Shown one piece after another: positions 7,668 through 15,433 of a DNA stretch of 59,458 nt. How positions within the stretch are numbered: position 1 is the stretch's first letter; the number at the start of each line of letters is the position of its first letter. Source of the stretch: Acidobacteriota bacterium (GTDB taxonomy: Bacteria > Acidobacteriota > Thermoanaerobaculia > UBA5066 > Gp7-AA6); contig JBDUBP010000200.1 in the NCBI GenBank assembly GCA_040004075.1, positions 1 through 59,458 on the forward strand, read 5' to 3'. The position numbers and the translations under genes were made by a program. The notes under the pieces were generated by a model, which ran no database searches, was not told where the DNA came from, and saw only the letters and a list, made by a program, of their open reading frames with translations.

Positions 7668-7702
7668 GTTGAGCGTCGAGCGTTCAGCGTCGAGCGTTCG
7701 TT
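7668..7702 (+). repeat. heptamer array, GTYGAGC type x5
   Basis: Units GTTGAGC GTCGAGC GTTCAGC GTCGAGC GTTCGTT. Confidence 0.85.
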
Positions 7703-7720
7703 TTCGGGCCCGTGCATCGT

Positions 7721-7748
7721 CAGAAACTGAAAACTGAGAGCTGACAGC
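7721..7748 (+). repeat. heptamer array, CTGANNN type x4 (TCAG type when read from the convergent kinase gene)
   Basis: Units CAGAAAC TGAAAAC TGAGAGC TGACAGC. It ends 2 nt before the kinase stop codon. Confidence 0.85.
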
Positions 7749-7750
7749 GA

Positions 7751-9421
7751 CTACTCCTTCTGCAGCCGTTTCCTCCGGGAGCCCTGCGGGAAACGCTTCG
7801 GCGTCTCGTAGACGCGGCGCTCCATCTCCGGATCTCGCGGCGCGAAGGACAGCTGCAGGTACGCGCGGGCGAGCTCGGTGGCGAGGACCGGGCGGGTTCC
7901 ATTCCACAGGGCGTCGGAATCCTCTCGGAGCGTTCTCGGCAGAGTCCGCCGGATTTCGGAAGAGAGACGGTGATCGGGGTAAGCCTTCACCCACTGGTTG
8001 GCGACGTAGGCGAGACGAACCGCCTGGTTGGCGCGGCGCTCGACGAGTCGTGAGCTCCACTCGTCCAGCATCTGCCGCATCTTTTTCTCGTCGAGCTCGC
8101 CCAGTCCGGGAAGGTCGAGGGCGGGGGGCGCCGGCGCCGTGGGAACGGGCGGCCGCGGGGACGCCACGGGAGCGGGCCGCGCGGTGGGCGTGAGCGCGGG
8201 CGGCGTCGGCTCCTCCGGGAGGATCCGCGGCTGCACGACGAGGTCGTCGGCGACCGGCGTCGCCGGGTTCGCGCGGGCAGACGGGATCGGGACGGGAGTC
8301 GACGCCCGTGGCGCGGATCGCACGTCCGGACCCGGACGGTGGAGGACGAAAGCGAACGCGGCCGCGGCTGCCGCGAGGGCGATGGCGCTGCCGATGAGCC
8401 ATCCGATCCCTCCGCCCCCACGTGGAACGACCGTGGTGGCGTCGAGATCCGGGCTGCCCGCACCCGACCCGCGCGGATCGAGCGCGGCGAGAGCGGCCGC
8501 AAACTCCCGCGCGTCGCGAAAGCGGCGGTCGCGCTGCTTCTCTAGCGCGCGCGTGACGACCGCGGCGAGACCCGGAGCGATCGCCGCCGGGAGACGCGCC
8601 GTGTCGAGGGGAGGGGGACTGGCGTGCAGGTGTTTGCCGAGGTATCCCTCCGGCGTGGTGGACTCAAACGGCGCGCGGCCGGTCAGCATCTCGTACAGGA
8701 CGATCCCGAATGAGTAGAGGTCGCTGCGGCCGTCGACCGCCTGGCCGGCGGGAAGCGCGCCCGCCTGTTCGGGGGAGCAGTACTTGAGCTTGCCCACGAA
8801 CATCCCCGTGCCGGTCATGCGAAGAGTCTCCGCGGCGACCCGCTTGGCGATCCCGAGGTCGATGATCTTCGCCAGGAGGCGCCCGTCCCGGTTTTCCCGC
8901 AGCATGATGTTGTCCGGCGCGAGGTCGCGGTGGACGATCCCCTGCGCGTGGATCTCTTCGAGGCCGGACAGCACCTGGGCCGCCACCTCCAGCGCGCGGG
9001 GAGCGGGCAGCGGCCCGTAACGGCGGAGCCACTCCTCCAGCGTGACCCCGTCGATGAATTCCCAGACCATGTAGAAGGACCCGTCAGGAAGGCGCGAGAA
9101 GTCGTAGAGCGCCGCGACGTTGGGGTGCCGGATCAGGGTCGCGATCCGGGCCTCCTCCTGGAAGCGTCGCGGCTCCTGGCCCTCGCCGAGCGCGTCGGGC
9201 TTCATCACCTTGATGATCCGGATCTCCTCGAGATGGACGTGGCGCGCCTTGTAGACCTCGCCCATCCCGCCTTCGCCCGTCTTCTCGAGAATCTCGTACT
9301 TGCCGTCGAGCACCTGCCCGGGCGACAGGCGCGATGTCGACGCCCCGCAGGAAGGGCAGTACCGCGCGTCCGCGGGCACACCCGTGCCGCAGCGCGGACA
9401 CACCGATCCATTGCTGGCCAT
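7751..9421 (-). CDS. Ser/Thr protein kinase with N-terminal zinc ribbon, TM helix and Pro-rich extracytoplasmic tail
   Basis: Begins MASNGSVCPRCGTGVPADARYCPSCG. Hanks kinase motifs are GEGGMGEVYKARH, HRDLAPDNIML, DLGIAK and YCSPEQ. A TM helix (IGWLIGSAIALAAAAAAFAFVL) follows. The start at 9421 is in frame (1671 nt). The track ORF extends upstream artificially. Confidence 0.85.
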   Translation of the reverse strand: MASNGSVCPRCGTGVPADARYCPSCGASTSRLSPGQVLDGKYEILEKTGEGGMGEVYKARHVHLEEIRIIKVMKPDALGEGQEPRRFQEEARIATLIRHPNVAALYDFSRLPDGSFYMVWEFIDGVTLEEWLRRYGPLPAPRALEVAAQVLSGLEEIHAQGIVHRDLAPDNIMLRENRDGRLLAKIIDLGIAKRVAAETLRMTGTGMFVGKLKYCSPEQAGALPAGQAVDGRSDLYSFGIVLYEMLTGRAPFESTTPEGYLGKHLHASPPPLDTARLPAAIAPGLAAVVTRALEKQRDRRFRDAREFAAALAALDPRGSGAGSPDLDATTVVPRGGGGIGWLIGSAIALAAAAAAFAFVLHRPGPDVRSAPRASTPVPIPSARANPATPVADDLVVQPRILPEEPTPPALTPTARPAPVASPRPPVPTAPAPPALDLPGLGELDEKKMRQMLDEWSSRLVERRANQAVRLAYVANQWVKAYPDHRLSSEIRRTLPRTLREDSDALWNGTRPVLATELARAYLQLSFAPRDPEMERRVYETPKRFPQGSRRKRLQKE

Positions 9422-9429
9422 TTCCGAAG

Positions 9430-9435
9430 ATTGTA
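9430..9435 (-). promoter_or_regulatory. candidate -10 box TACAAT 8 nt upstream of the kinase ATG (reverse strand)
   Basis: The reverse strand reads gcTACAATcttcggaaaATG. Confidence 0.35.
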
Positions 9436-9452
9436 GCGGTCGGTGACGAGCC

Positions 9453-9466
9453 GGGAATCGGGAATC
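9453..9466. repeat. GGGAATC x2 (reverse complement of the GATTCCC family) in the divergent kinase/rdgB promoter region
   Basis: Read directly. Confidence 0.7.
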
Positions 9467-9550
9467 GAGGGGAAGGATCTGCCGGGTCGCGGAAGTCACC
9501 ATCCGCGTCTCTCCGTCGTTCCCGTTTCCGATCTCCCGCCCCCGCCCCCG

Positions 9551-9556
9551 TACAAT
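9551..9556 (+). promoter_or_regulatory. candidate -10 box TACAAT 6 nt upstream of the rdgB ATG, with no SD
   Basis: Sequence cccgTACAATcccggcATG. Confidence 0.4.
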
Positions 9557-9562
9557 CCCGGC

Positions 9563-10114
9563 ATGCGTCCAATCGCGTTCGTCACCTCGCGACCCGAGAA
9601 GGCGGAGGAGGCGCGGCGCATGGGTTTCGCGGTCGAGCCGGTCGCCCTCGACCTGCCCGAGCCGCAGGCGCTCGACCCCGGCGACGTCGTCGCGGAGAAG
9701 TCCCGCTCCGCCTGGCGCGCTCTGGAGCGGCCGGTGCTCGTCGAGGATTCCGGCCTTGCGATCCGCGCGTGGGGAGGATTTCCGGGCGCGCTCGTCAAGT
9801 GGCTCGAGAGGGGTGCGGGTGTCGCCGCGATCCCGCGGATGCTGGCGTCGTGGGAAGACCGCGCCGCGGTCGCCTGCTGCGTCGTCGCCTTCTTCGACGG
9901 AGAACGCCTGGTCGTCGGGCGAGGCGAGTGCGCCGGCCGGATCGCCCTGTCGCCGCGAGGCGGCTCCGGCTTCGGCTGGGACTCCATCTTCGAGCCGGAG
10001 GGGTCGGAACGCACGTTCGCGGAACTCGGAGCCGAGCGGAAGGACCGGGTCTCGCACCGGCGCCGGGCGTGGGAGGCGCTCGCCCCCCGGATACCGATGG
10101 AACGGCGGACGTGA
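9563..10114 (+). CDS. rdgB: non-canonical purine NTP pyrophosphatase (RdgB/HAM1 family)
   Basis: Motifs VEDSGLAIRAWGGFPGALVK, GGSGFGWDSIFEPEG and KDRVSHRRRAW are typical of the Ham1 family. Confidence 0.8.
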   Translation: MRPIAFVTSRPEKAEEARRMGFAVEPVALDLPEPQALDPGDVVAEKSRSAWRALERPVLVEDSGLAIRAWGGFPGALVKWLERGAGVAAIPRMLASWEDRAAVACCVVAFFDGERLVVGRGECAGRIALSPRGGSGFGWDSIFEPEGSERTFAELGAERKDRVSHRRRAWEALAPRIPMERRT

Positions 10115-10286
10115 GGATCTTCCTGGGCGGCTTGCGGGCCATGCGCGGCCCCTATGGCGCGCTCTACGTCTCGACGCGCAACCGGATGGACGCCCAGAGA
10201 TCTGGACGACAAAACCCTGGAATTGCCGAATCAAAGTAGGATCTTGTATAGATTATCCGTATTAAATTCGGAACCGTCCTTTCCGC

Positions 10287-10292
10287 TATCGT
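10287..10292 (+). promoter_or_regulatory. candidate -10 box TATCGT 7 nt upstream of the MOSC ATG, with no SD
   Basis: Sequence ccgcTATCGTcagtctcATG, in a locally AT-rich stretch (10210-10270). Confidence 0.3.
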
Positions 10293-10299
10293 CAGTCTC

Positions 10300-11016
10300 A
10301 TGGAGCTCGCGGAAGTCGTCGGCAGCCTGATCGCGCTGCAGCGCTTCCCGATTGAGCCGCTCGGAGGGGAGGCCCCCAACGCCGTCCCGGTCGGGGGAGC
10401 GGGGTTGCTCGGCGATCGCGCGTACGACCTGTGCGATCGCGAAACCGGCGATCCACTGACATCCGCCGCGGCGCCTCTTCTGCTTTTCTACGGCGCGCGG
10501 TACGCCGACGACCTGGTGATGGAGAACCTGGATTCCTGGACGCGCGTGCGCGAGCCGGGGGGAGCGGAATGCCCGCTGACCGATCCCCGCTGGCTCGAAG
10601 AGCTGTCCGAAACGCTGGGGCGCGCCGTGGTGCTCCGGCCCCATCCTCCCTCGGCGGACGGCGCGCCGCTGCGCCTCGTCTCCCGGCCAACGCTTCGCCT
10701 CGCCGAGCGCACCTACGGATGCCCCCTCGAGCCTCTCCGCGTCCGGGCGAACCTCGTGATCGACATTCCCGACGGCAAGGCGTTCGAGGAGGACCGCTGG
10801 GTAGGACAGCACCTTCGGATCGGAGACACGCTGCTCGAGGTCACGCGGCCCGCGGACGATTGTTTCCTCGCGAGCTTCCGGCCGGAGATCGCGCGCGGCG
10901 ATCCCGCCATGCTCGAGGCCCTGGTGAAGGTCCGCGGCGGGCACATGGGGGTCGCGATTCGCGCGGTCTCGGGCCACCGTGTCCGCGTCGGAGACCCCGT
11001 CTGCCTGGTGGACTAA
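10300..11016 (+). CDS. MOSC domain-containing protein
   Basis: N-terminal beta-barrel-like segment (LQRFPIEPLGGE...GLLGDRAY) and a C-terminal MOSC-like segment (RANLVIDIPDGKAFEEDRWVGQHLRIGDTLLEVTRPADDC). Confidence 0.7.
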   Translation: MELAEVVGSLIALQRFPIEPLGGEAPNAVPVGGAGLLGDRAYDLCDRETGDPLTSAAAPLLLFYGARYADDLVMENLDSWTRVREPGGAECPLTDPRWLEELSETLGRAVVLRPHPPSADGAPLRLVSRPTLRLAERTYGCPLEPLRVRANLVIDIPDGKAFEEDRWVGQHLRIGDTLLEVTRPADDCFLASFRPEIARGDPAMLEALVKVRGGHMGVAIRAVSGHRVRVGDPVCLVD

Positions 11017-11045
11017 CGACCGCCGCACGAGAGCGATCTGACTGG

Positions 11046-11110
11046 CCTTCCTCTTCCCCTTCCGTTTCCGTTCCCGATTCCCGATTCCCGATTCCCGGCT
11101 CCCGGCCCCC
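11046..11110 (+). repeat. 7-nt periodic block ending in GATTCCC x3 (11076-11096) plus degenerate units
   Basis: Units CCTTCCT CTTCCCC TTCCGTT TCCGTTC CCGATTC CCGATTC CCGATTC CCGGCTC CCGGCCC. Confidence 0.85.
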
Positions 11111-11121
11111 GTTTCTCCTTT

Positions 11122-11130
11122 TGCTAGACT
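11122..11130 (+). promoter_or_regulatory. candidate extended -10 (TGcTAGACT) 10 nt upstream of ATG 11141
   Basis: Sequence tTGcTAGACTcgaaacacacATG. Confidence 0.35.
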
Positions 11131-11140
11131 CGAAACACAC

Positions 11141-11566
11141 ATGCCCGAACGGCCCATCCGCGTCCTGATCGCGAAGCCCGGCCTCGACGGCCACGACCGC
11201 GGCGCGAAGATCATCGCCCGGGCGCTCCGGGATTCGGGGATGGAGGTCATCTACTCCGGACTGCGCCAGACGCCCGAGCAGATCGCCGCCGCGGCGATCC
11301 AGGAAGACGTCGACGTCGTCGGGCTGTCCATTCTCTCCGGCGCCCACAACGTCCTCTTCCCGGAGATCCTGCGGCTCTTGAAGGAGCAGGGAGGGCAGGA
11401 CATCCTGGTTCTGGCGGGAGGGATCATCCCCGATAAGGACATCGCCCCGCTGAAGGCGCTCGGCATCCGCGAGATCTTTCTGCCCGGCACTCCGACTCAG
11501 ACGCTGGTCGATTTCATCCGGAACGAGGTCGGGGTGGCGGTCCGGAGCCGTGAAACCACGCCGTGA
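11141..11566 (+). CDS. cobalamin B12-binding domain protein (methylmalonyl-CoA mutase small-subunit type)
   Basis: Sequence [31 protein letters not shown]...[10 protein letters not shown]...VLAGGIIP carries the DxHxxG B12-binding signature. The protein is 141 aa and stands alone. Confidence 0.8.
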   Translation: MPERPIRVLIAKPGLDGHDRGAKIIARALRDSGMEVIYSGLRQTPEQIAAAAIQEDVDVVGLSILSGAHNVLFPEILRLLKEQGGQDILVLAGGIIPDKDIAPLKALGIREIFLPGTPTQTLVDFIRNEVGVAVRSRETTP

Positions 11567-11693
11567 GCGGACAGAAGAAGAGGGCGCTTCGCCTTCGATT
11601 CCCGATTTCCGATTTAGTTGACCGCGGAGTACGGCGGCCGTCTCGCTCCCGTTGGTCGCTCGGCTCCCGTTTCCCGATTCCGGGCTGAGCACG

Positions 11694-13298
11694 ATGGACC
11701 CTCTCGTCTCCCAGCTCGACACCGCGGCTCCCGAGTTCGAGCAGCGTTCCCGCGGGATGGAAGCCCTCGTCTCCCGGCTGCGCGAGGAGCTCGAGAAGGC
11801 GCGGCGAGGGGGGTCCGGCCGCGAGCGCCACGCCGCGCTGAACAAGATGTTCGTGCGCGACCGGCTCAACGCGCTGCTCGACCCCGGATCTCCCTTTCTC
11901 GAGGTCGCGCCGCTGGCCGCCCACGGCATGTACGAGAACGATGCCCCCGGCGCGGGGCTGGTCACCGGGATCGGCCGGATCGCGGGCCGCGAAGCCATGG
12001 TGATCGCCAACGACGCGACCGTAAAAGGCGGAACGTATTACCCGATCACCGTCAAGAAGCACCTGCGGGCGCAGGAGATCGCGGAAGACAACCGGCTGCC
12101 CTGCATCTACCTGGTCGACTCGGGAGGAGCCTTCCTGCCGCTCCAGGCGGAGGTCTTCCCCGATCGCGACCACTTCGGCCGGATCTTCTACAACCAGGCG
12201 CGCATGTCGGCGAAGCGAATTCCTCAGGTGGCGGTGGTGATGGGCTCGTGCACCGCGGGAGGTGCCTACGTGCCGGCGATGTCGGATGAAGCCGTGATCG
12301 TCAAGGGGACGGGAACGATTTTTCTCGCGGGCCCTCCGCTCGTCAAGGCCGCCACCGGCGAGGAAGTCACGGCGGAGGAGCTCGGCGGGGCCGACGTCCA
12401 CACGCGCGTCTCGGGCGTCGCCGACCATTTCGCGGAGGACGACGCGCACGCCCTGGAGATCGCCCGGTCCATCCTGGCGAATCTTCCGGGCGACAAGGCG
12501 CTCCCCCCGGGGCGAACCGAGCCGGAAGAGCCCGCATACGACTCGCGGGAGATCTACGGGGTGATCCCCGACGACGTCCGGCAGCCGTACGACGTGCGGG
12601 AGGTGATCGCGCGGCTCGTGGACGGATCCCGGTTCCAGGAGTTCAAGGGGCGCTATGGAACGACGCTCGTCTGCGGTTTCGCCCGGCTCTCCGGATTTCT
12701 GGTCGGAATCGTGGCCAACAACGGGATTCTCTTCTCCGAATCGGCCCTGAAGGCCACGCACTTCATCGAGCTCTGCGCGCGAAGAAAAGTTCCGCTTCTT
12801 TTTCTTCAGAACATCACGGGCTTCATGGTCGGGCGCGAGTACGAGCGGGGCGGCATCGCCAAGGACGGCGCGAAAATGGTGCACGCGGTCGCCAACGCGG
12901 CCGTGCCGAAGCTCACGGTCGTGATCGGCGGATCGTTCGGCGCCGGGAACTACGGAATGTGCGGCCGGGCCTACGGGCCGCGGTTCCTCTGGATGTGGCC
13001 GAACGCGCGCATCTCGGTGATGGGGGGCGTGCAGGCCGCCTCGGTGCTGTCGACGGTCAAGCAGGAGCAGCTCGCGAGGGCCGGGAAGCCCCCCATGACC
13101 GACGAGGAGGTCGCGGAATTCGAGCGGCCGACCCGGGAGAAATATGAGCAGGAGGGCAACCCCTACTATTCGACGGCCCGGCTCTGGGACGACGGAGTGC
13201 TCGACCCGGCCGAGACGCGGACGGCCCTCGCGCTGGCGCTTTCCGCCACGTTCAACGCGCCGATTCCGGAGACGGAATTCGGTGTGTTCCGGATGTAG
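11694..13298 (+). CDS. methylcrotonyl-CoA carboxylase beta subunit (carboxyltransferase)
   Basis: About 535 aa of acyl-CoA carboxyltransferase, with both N- and C-CT halves ([57 protein letters not shown]). It sits in a cluster with the hydratase, biotin carboxylase and HMG-CoA lyase. Confidence 0.85.
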   Translation: MDPLVSQLDTAAPEFEQRSRGMEALVSRLREELEKARRGGSGRERHAALNKMFVRDRLNALLDPGSPFLEVAPLAAHGMYENDAPGAGLVTGIGRIAGREAMVIANDATVKGGTYYPITVKKHLRAQEIAEDNRLPCIYLVDSGGAFLPLQAEVFPDRDHFGRIFYNQARMSAKRIPQVAVVMGSCTAGGAYVPAMSDEAVIVKGTGTIFLAGPPLVKAATGEEVTAEELGGADVHTRVSGVADHFAEDDAHALEIARSILANLPGDKALPPGRTEPEEPAYDSREIYGVIPDDVRQPYDVREVIARLVDGSRFQEFKGRYGTTLVCGFARLSGFLVGIVANNGILFSESALKATHFIELCARRKVPLLFLQNITGFMVGREYERGGIAKDGAKMVHAVANAAVPKLTVVIGGSFGAGNYGMCGRAYGPRFLWMWPNARISVMGGVQAASVLSTVKQEQLARAGKPPMTDEEVAEFERPTREKYEQEGNPYYSTARLWDDGVLDPAETRTALALALSATFNAPIPETEFGVFRM

Positions 13299-13306
13299 GG
13301 AGGAAG

Positions 13307-13341
13307 GTTGAGCGTTCAGCGTCAAGCGTCGAGCGTTCGAT
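13307..13341 (+). repeat. heptamer array, GTYGAGC type x5
   Basis: Units GTTGAGC GTTCAGC GTCAAGC GTCGAGC GTTCGAT. It starts 9 nt after the stop codon. Confidence 0.85.
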
Positions 13342-13445
13342 ACGGCGTGTCAAAGCCGTGTCGGTTCTTCCCCCAATTTCTGACTCTCCACTCTCGACTC
13401 CCAGCTCTCAACTTCCTCCGGTCCATTTTTTGCACGCCCGAGGGC

Positions 13446-14219
13446 ATGTTTCGTCTGGCCGCCGCGCTTCTCTTCGCGACGGCGTCTCCGCTCGGCCTCG
13501 AGGTCGATCCCGGCGCGCAGACGCTCGCGGCCACGATCCGCGTCGCCGCCGCGCAGGCGGCGGCCGGCGATTTTCAGGGACGGGTCTCACTCTATGGCTC
13601 GCGAGCGGAGATTCCGATTGCCGCGGTCCGGATCTCCAAGGCCGGCGCGCCGCTCGCGCTCCGGGCGACGATCCGGTATGCGGACATTCCCGCCGACTGG
13701 GTGGGTCGGTTTCGTCCGGACGGCTTCGAGTACGTGATGAAGGGGACCGTCGGCACGACTCCGGTCGAGTGGACGGGCCGGATGGCCTGGGAGGAGGTTG
13801 CCGTCGCGGGGGATGACGCGATCATCGCGAAGTTCGTCGGGGTGGACCGGGTCGATCTCACCGTCGTGCAGCCGTCCGGAAGCCGCGGAGTCGTGCGATT
13901 GCACATCACGAACCCGTTCGCGTTTCCCGTGGAGATCGCGCGGTCCGTGTACCGCATCGAGGCGGATGGCTATCCGGTCGGACGCGGCAGCGCGCCGGGC
14001 GTCGTCCTCAAGAGAGGCACCTCGCGGCTCGAGTTCCCGATCGACATGGACCACTCCCAGTTGATCGCGGCGGCGGGTCGGGCCTTTCTCGCCGGAGGCA
14101 GCGTCGAGGCTCGATTGAAGGGAGAGATGACCGTGCGGGTCGCGGGGCACGACCTGCGCGTGCCACTGGACGTCGCCGGGCAGGTCGAGGCCGGAAGCCT
14201 GCGCAGCGCCCCGGAGTAA
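13446..14219 (+). CDS. secreted hypothetical protein, possibly LEA_2/WHy-like beta-sandwich repeats
   Basis: Signal-like N-terminus MFRLAAALLFATASPLG. The segment RLHITNPFAFPVEIARSVYRIEADGYPVGRG resembles LEA14-type domains. This is a weak call from memory. Confidence 0.45.
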   Translation: MFRLAAALLFATASPLGLEVDPGAQTLAATIRVAAAQAAAGDFQGRVSLYGSRAEIPIAAVRISKAGAPLALRATIRYADIPADWVGRFRPDGFEYVMKGTVGTTPVEWTGRMAWEEVAVAGDDAIIAKFVGVDRVDLTVVQPSGSRGVVRLHITNPFAFPVEIARSVYRIEADGYPVGRGSAPGVVLKRGTSRLEFPIDMDHSQLIAAAGRAFLAGGSVEARLKGEMTVRVAGHDLRVPLDVAGQVEAGSLRSAPE

Positions 14220-14252
14220 CCGCCGCCGAACATCCGTTCCGTCCGCGCGCGA

Positions 14253-14258
14253 TAAAAT
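14253..14258 (+). promoter_or_regulatory. candidate -10 box TAAAAT 8 nt upstream of ATG 14267, with no SD
   Basis: Sequence gcgaTAAAATccttcgccATG. Confidence 0.35.
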
Positions 14259-14266
14259 CCTTCGCC

Positions 14267-15061
14267 ATGACCGACCCCGCGCCGTCGCGGCTCCGGCTCG
14301 CCCGCGAAGGCCGCGTGGCTCGCGTCATCCTTTCGCGCCCCGAGGTGCGCAACGCGTTCGACGACGTCCTGATCGCCGAGCTCACCCGGGTCTTCCTCGA
14401 TTTCGCGGCCGACTCCGAAACCCGCGTGGTCATCCTGTCCGGGGAGGGGCCTTCGTTCTGCGCGGGGGCGGACATCCACTGGATGCGCCGCGCGGGACAG
14501 TATTCGCGGGAGGAAAACGAGCTGGACGCGGGCAGGATGGCGCGCATGTTGAGGGCGATCGACGCCTGCCCGCTGCCCGTCATCGCGCTGGCTCAGGGCG
14601 CTGCCATCGGGGGGGGAGTCGGCCTCGTGGCGGCGGCGGACATCGCGATCGCGGCAGAGGGCACCGTCTTTTCTCTCGCCGAGGTGAAGCTCGGCATCAT
14701 CCCCTCCGTGATCTCTCCCTACGTTCTCCGCGCGATCGGTCCGCGCCAGGCCCGCGATCTCTTCCTGACCGGGGATCGCTTCGACGCGGCCGAGGCGTTC
14801 CGGATCGGCCTCGTCCACCAGGTGGTCGCTCCGGGAGAGCTCGAAGCAGCGGCGGCGCGCCGCGTGGCGTCTCTCTCGACTTCGGCGCCCGGGGCCATCG
14901 GAGTCGCCAAGAAGCTGATCGAGCAGGTGACGGGTCTCGCTCCCGAGGCGGCGATGCCGCTGACCGTGCGGACGATCGCGGAGCGCCGGGCGTCCGCTGA
15001 GGCGAAGGAAGGTCTGACCGCGTTTCTGGAGAAGCGGCCGCCGGACTGGGTGAAGAGCTAG
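14267..15061 (+). CDS. enoyl-CoA hydratase (probably methylglutaconyl-CoA hydratase by context)
   Basis: Crotonase fold motifs (VVILSGEGPSFCAGADI, ALAQGAAIGGGVGL, EGLTAFLEKR). Confidence 0.8.
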   Translation: MTDPAPSRLRLAREGRVARVILSRPEVRNAFDDVLIAELTRVFLDFAADSETRVVILSGEGPSFCAGADIHWMRRAGQYSREENELDAGRMARMLRAIDACPLPVIALAQGAAIGGGVGLVAAADIAIAAEGTVFSLAEVKLGIIPSVISPYVLRAIGPRQARDLFLTGDRFDAAEAFRIGLVHQVVAPGELEAAAARRVASLSTSAPGAIGVAKKLIEQVTGLAPEAAMPLTVRTIAERRASAEAKEGLTAFLEKRPPDWVKS

Positions 15062-15315
15062 TTCTCGACCGGCGGGGCGGCGGCGACCTCGGCCGCGGCG
15101 GGAGCGGGATCGCTCGGGACGGGGGCGGCGGCCTCCGGCGGCGCGACCGCGGGTCGGACGCGTCTGGCCGGCTCGTCCTCGACCTCGGTCTTGCAGAAGT
15201 AACACTTCACCTTGACCCCCGGCTCCGTGTCGGGCCGCCAGGCCGTGAAGGTCTTGCCGCATTTCGGACAGACGATCTTGTGCTGCGTTCCTTTGATCCC
15301 GCCTTCGACGGACAC
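15058..15315 (-). CDS. small zinc-ribbon protein with a Pro/Ala-rich tail
   Basis: Contains CPKCGKTF...CYFCKTE. GTG start with AGGAGG 4 nt upstream on the reverse strand. Its stop overlaps the hydratase stop in CTAG. Confidence 0.5.
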   Translation of the reverse strand: MSVEGGIKGTQHKIVCPKCGKTFTAWRPDTEPGVKVKCYFCKTEVEDEPARRVRPAVAPPEAAAPVPSDPAPAAAEVAAAPPVEN

Positions 15316-15342
15316 GTGGCCTCCTGACGATCGCCTAGTTTA

Positions 15343-15396
15343 GTTGAGAGTCGCGAGGGAAGTTGAGGGTTGAGGGTCGAGAGTCAGAGTCGGGAG
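15343..15396 (+). repeat. heptamer array, GTYGAGR type (about 7 units, one 5-nt irregularity)
   Basis: Units GTTGAGA GTCGCGA ... GTTGAGG GTTGAGG GTCGAGA GTCAGAG TCGGGAG. Confidence 0.8.
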
Positions 15397-15421
15397 TTCG
15401 GACCCGGAACCTGACAGCCCT

Positions 15422-15427
15422 TAGAAT
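15422..15427 (+). promoter_or_regulatory. candidate -10 box TAGAAT 6 nt upstream of ATG 15434, with no SD
   Basis: Sequence cccTTAGAATcggacgATG. Confidence 0.4.
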
Positions 15428-15433
15428 CGGACG

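Noticed and set aside
10115-10299. AT-rich patch (about 10210-10270) as a possible mobile-element end or small RNA.
   Set aside because: There are no repeats, inverted termini or structure. It is most simply the promoter region of the MOSC gene (a possible TTGCCG-N18-TATAGA in addition to the proximal TATCGT).
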